Part shown: positions 62,157 through 64,000 of the stretch, piece by piece | Layout of the letters: every line of letters begins with the position of its first letter | Numbering within the stretch: position 1 is the first letter of the stretch | Source: Desulfuromonadales bacterium | GTDB lineage: Bacteria > Desulfobacterota > Desulfuromonadia > Geobacterales > Pseudopelobacteraceae | Assembly: GCA_037129255.1 (NCBI GenBank) | Contig: JBAXVG010000025.1 | Location: 120-64,119 of the forward strand | DNA length: 64,000 nucleotides | Direction of reading: 5' to 3' | Notes under the pieces: model-generated | The model's database searches: none | What the model was told of the DNA's origin: nothing | Seen by the model: only the letters and a program-made list of their open reading frames with translations | Position numbers and translations under genes: made by a program

Positions 62157-62172
62157 CGGTGTACCTCCTTGC

Positions 62173-62550
62173 TTAATGTTCGAGCTCCATGATATCCCGG
62201 TAAGGCACTACCCCGTGGATGATATCGTCGGCATCGGTCACCGGCAGCGCGCCAAAACCGTAGCGGGTGAACTTCTCCTTTGCCTCGTTGATTGAGTCGC
62301 CTTCTTCCAGGTTGATAACCTGTGTTGTCATGATCTCTGACAGGGGAGTCCTCGGTTCGGCCATCAGCAGCTCATCCAGACTGACAACTCGAGCAGCCTG
62401 TTGTCCGACTCCCCGGACCGGAAATGATGAAGAATATTTTGATCGCTTTCCAGATGCGACGTAATTCATAGTAGATTTTCGAGACATTGAACATTGGCTA
62501 CCTCCCGGAATTGAGACCGGCATCAAAATCGAACGTTCGGGCTGTTTCAC
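62173..62550 (-). CDS. CBS-domain fragment protein (one complete CBS motif; possible remnant of a CBS-pair/MgtE-like gene)
   Basis: The C-terminal 80 aa read RVVSLDELLMAEPRTPLSEIMTTQVINL..AKEKFTRYGFGALPVTDADDIIHGVVPYRDIMELEH. That is the tail of one CBS motif plus one full CBS motif. The N-terminal 45 aa are low-complexity with no clear RBS. Confidence 0.45.
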   Translation of the reverse strand: MKQPERSILMPVSIPGGSQCSMSRKSTMNYVASGKRSKYSSSFPVRGVGQQAARVVSLDELLMAEPRTPLSEIMTTQVINLEEGDSINEAKEKFTRYGFGALPVTDADDIIHGVVPYRDIMELEH

Positions 62551-62984
62551 GTTCTGGATGTTACGATCTCGTAAAAAGTGTTTCAGGAGAGTGCCGCATA
62601 GGGGAGCGTGGTCTCTCCGCTGTCATGCATAACACCCCATGCCAGCGGACAGACTCGGAGAGTGTGTGTCAGTGCAGGTTGGCGTGTAGCGAGGGTTCCG
62701 TACAATTATGACTGTCCAAAGCAGCAACCACCACCTTTTCTGTGTGTGACATGAAAGAAGGCCAAGGGTAACCATGGCCTTAATAATTTGATCCGGTTTT
62801 CCGAATACTCCCGGAACCTGTTTTTGTCAACTTAAATCAGTTCCGCATTATCTGCGCACAATCTTCATAAAAAATTTTCTCACACGGAGGCACAGGTGCA
62901 CGGAGAAAGCTGGAGTCAAAAGCTGAAAGGCATTGGGGTTGGGTGCAAAGGTCTTCAATGCTGCTGAAACGCGGAAACGATAAT

Positions 62985-63419
62985 TCACCATTTACAATTC
63001 TCAACTCTGCCAAGAAGAGTGACTGGATGGTTGAAACGAAACATGCTGAAATGTTCGTCAAAAGAAAAAACATGATCAATGCGGTGGAAGTTAATAAGTG
63101 CAAAGCTGGCGCAATCGGTGAAGCTCAGACGGGGGAGGTCGTATTTGCGGAAAATGTTTTTAGCGTCGAGTTCGATGCTCCGTTCCACACGGAGAATTTC
63201 TACACCACTTCGGTCAAAGGCGTCCATGAAGGCAACTGCTCTATGATGACCACGACGGGCGGAAAGCAGGGTATAGACCTCGTCGAGCACATAGTCCGAA
63301 GTGAACTGGCGGAAAGACATTTGAGTAATTTTTTTGTACACGATTTTTGCTCCCGGATTAAGCAGGTCTTCCGGTACGGTAAGGGCGGCAAGCACGCAGG
63401 TATCAAAAAAGACCTTCAC
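62985..63419 (-). CDS. vapC: PIN-domain toxin (VapC-like)
   Basis: Acidic PIN residues lie in FFDTCV, LDEV, FTDCAS and SFDEHF. 144 aa. ATGA overlap with the upstream antitoxin ORF. Confidence 0.85.
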   Translation of the reverse strand: MKVFFDTCVLAALTVPEDLLNPGAKIVYKKITQMSFRQFTSDYVLDEVYTLLSARRGHHRAVAFMDAFDRSGVEILRVERSIELDAKNIFRKYDLPRLSFTDCASFALINFHRIDHVFSFDEHFSMFRFNHPVTLLGRVENCKW

Positions 63420-63682
63420 TTGGGCGCAAAGCCGTATAGATACGAATCATGGTTAACGGAAAGATCTGTTTCACCTGCTCCGCCTGGAGCAATGTCAAAA
63501 ATTACCTCAAGAGATTGCTGAGGTTTGCTGGCGTGTTGCGCTGCCTTGCTCTTTGTTCTTGCCGCTCTGCGTGTGGCGAGAAACTGCATGAAGTCGAGTG
63601 TTTCACGTTTTTGTGCTTCAGTCAGTTCGGATGCCTGTTCCGCAATTTTGTAATCAAGAGATGCAGCATTGGTTGCTGTCAT
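63416..63682 (-). CDS. vapB: putative VapB-type antitoxin
   Basis: GGGGGA lies 7 nt before ATG 63682. 88 aa. LTEAQKRETLDFMQFL helix resembling DUF2281-type antitoxins. Translationally coupled to the PIN gene. Confidence 0.65.
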   Translation of the reverse strand: MTATNAASLDYKIAEQASELTEAQKRETLDFMQFLATRRAARTKSKAAQHASKPQQSLEVIFDIAPGGAGETDLSVNHDSYLYGFAPK

Positions 63683-63921
63683 GACGTTATCCCCCACTTT
63701 GCTTGAGTATTCTACTCTCACAATTGATACCATTCATCGCGCAATTCGTCAAATGAAAGGGGTGTCCGGTTTTCCTTCTCTACGGGATGAGGGAGACAAT
63801 CATCTGGTCGAGCTTGCCGTCGCCGGAGGAGCAGGTTATATTGTGACACGCAATCTTCGCGATGTTTCCCGATTTGAAAGTAGTCTTCCCGGAAACCCTG
63901 CTAAACGAGTTGAAGTTATGA
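63654..63921 (+). pseudogene. 5'-truncated, frameshifted PIN-family toxin gene remnant
   Basis: Frame 0 reads ..SPTLLEYS..LRDEGDNHLVELAVAGGAGYIVTRNLRDV. Frame +1 continues FPDLKVVFPETLLNELKL with TGA at 63919. Only about 88 codons remain, and an upstream stop lies at 63651. Confidence 0.55.
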
Positions 63922-64000
63922 GCGCATTGACACTTCGTTTGCCGGATGAAAAATATCAGCGGCTGAAAGAGATGGCACATCAACGAGGACAGAGCGTGAA
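63918..64000 (+). CDS. ribbon-helix-helix (CopG/Arc-like) antitoxin-type protein, 5' part only (runs off the window)
   Basis: MSALTLRLPDEKYQRLKEMAHQRGQSV has the beta-strand plus helix pattern of RHH antitoxins. The ATG overlaps the restored PIN stop (ATGA). Confidence 0.5.
   Translation, partial: MSALTLRLPDEKYQRLKEMAHQRGQSV

Noticed and set aside
62755-62780. Hairpin AAGGCCA-N10-TGGCCTT about 200 nt downstream of vapC, considered as its terminator.
   Set aside because: It has only a poor, interrupted U-tract (CTTTC) on the relevant strand and is distant from the stop codon. I left it as an unassigned hairpin.
62837-63521. ORFs 62837..63103 (minus) and 62943..63521 (plus).
   Set aside because: The plus-strand ORF is antisense to the well-supported PIN gene. 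The minus-strand ORF overlaps the vapC 3' end in another frame. Neither has motifs or an RBS.
63780-63983. 67-aa minus-strand ORF at the window end.
   Set aside because: It is antisense to the PIN remnant and RHH gene, both of which have clear family signatures. It is Cys/Phe-rich with nonsense-like composition.

Overview
This 64-kb window looks like ordinary chromosome, with about 55 protein-coding genes. I found no rRNA, tRNA, CRISPR array, IS element or prophage by eye.

Taxonomy (inference only): the gene content suggests a Geobacter/Desulfuromonas/Pelobacter-like Desulfuromonadota genome. The cues are PAS/GAF-rich hybrid histidine kinases with AHDFNN or [10 protein letters not shown]-boxes, a sigma-54 activator, two near-consensus -24/-12 promoters, a PEP-CTERM protein, a heme-c sensor kinase, a hemerythrin-HD-GYP protein, OleC/OleD and AcnB.

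Housekeeping genes:
- DEAD-box helicase, dctPQM TRAP transporter, OYE reductase, metY, tsaC
- purM, purN, rpsT, malQ, ihfB
- Na/Pi cotransporter with Ppx/GppA, yraN, acnB, an aminotransferase, aguAB

Signalling is very dense:
- six hybrid histidine kinases, two of them in tandem pairs
- an Hpt protein, a REC-GGDEF protein, a GAF-HD-GYP-hemerythrin protein
- a stand-alone receiver and an NtrC-type activator

Most interesting observations:
1. An MlaD-like / TPR-lipoprotein operon is led by an ABC-ATPase homologue in which all five catalytic motifs are substituted. Its MlaE-type permease sits 3.7 kb away on the same strand, and an opposite-strand oleC-oleD-yraN block lies between them.
2. A PilT-family ATPase is co-operonic with a DUF4388/pseudo-receiver/GAF protein and a sigma-54 activator, with no pilus genes in the window.
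3. A six-gene c-di-GMP phosphorelay cluster includes an HD-GYP-hemerythrin fusion.
4. oleCD occurs without oleAB.
5. Gene decay is readable directly from the sequence: an NhaD antiporter remnant, a CBS fragment, and a PIN toxin gene that is both truncated next to a vapBC cassette and frameshifted by one base.

All family assignments come from motif recognition by eye. No database search was run.
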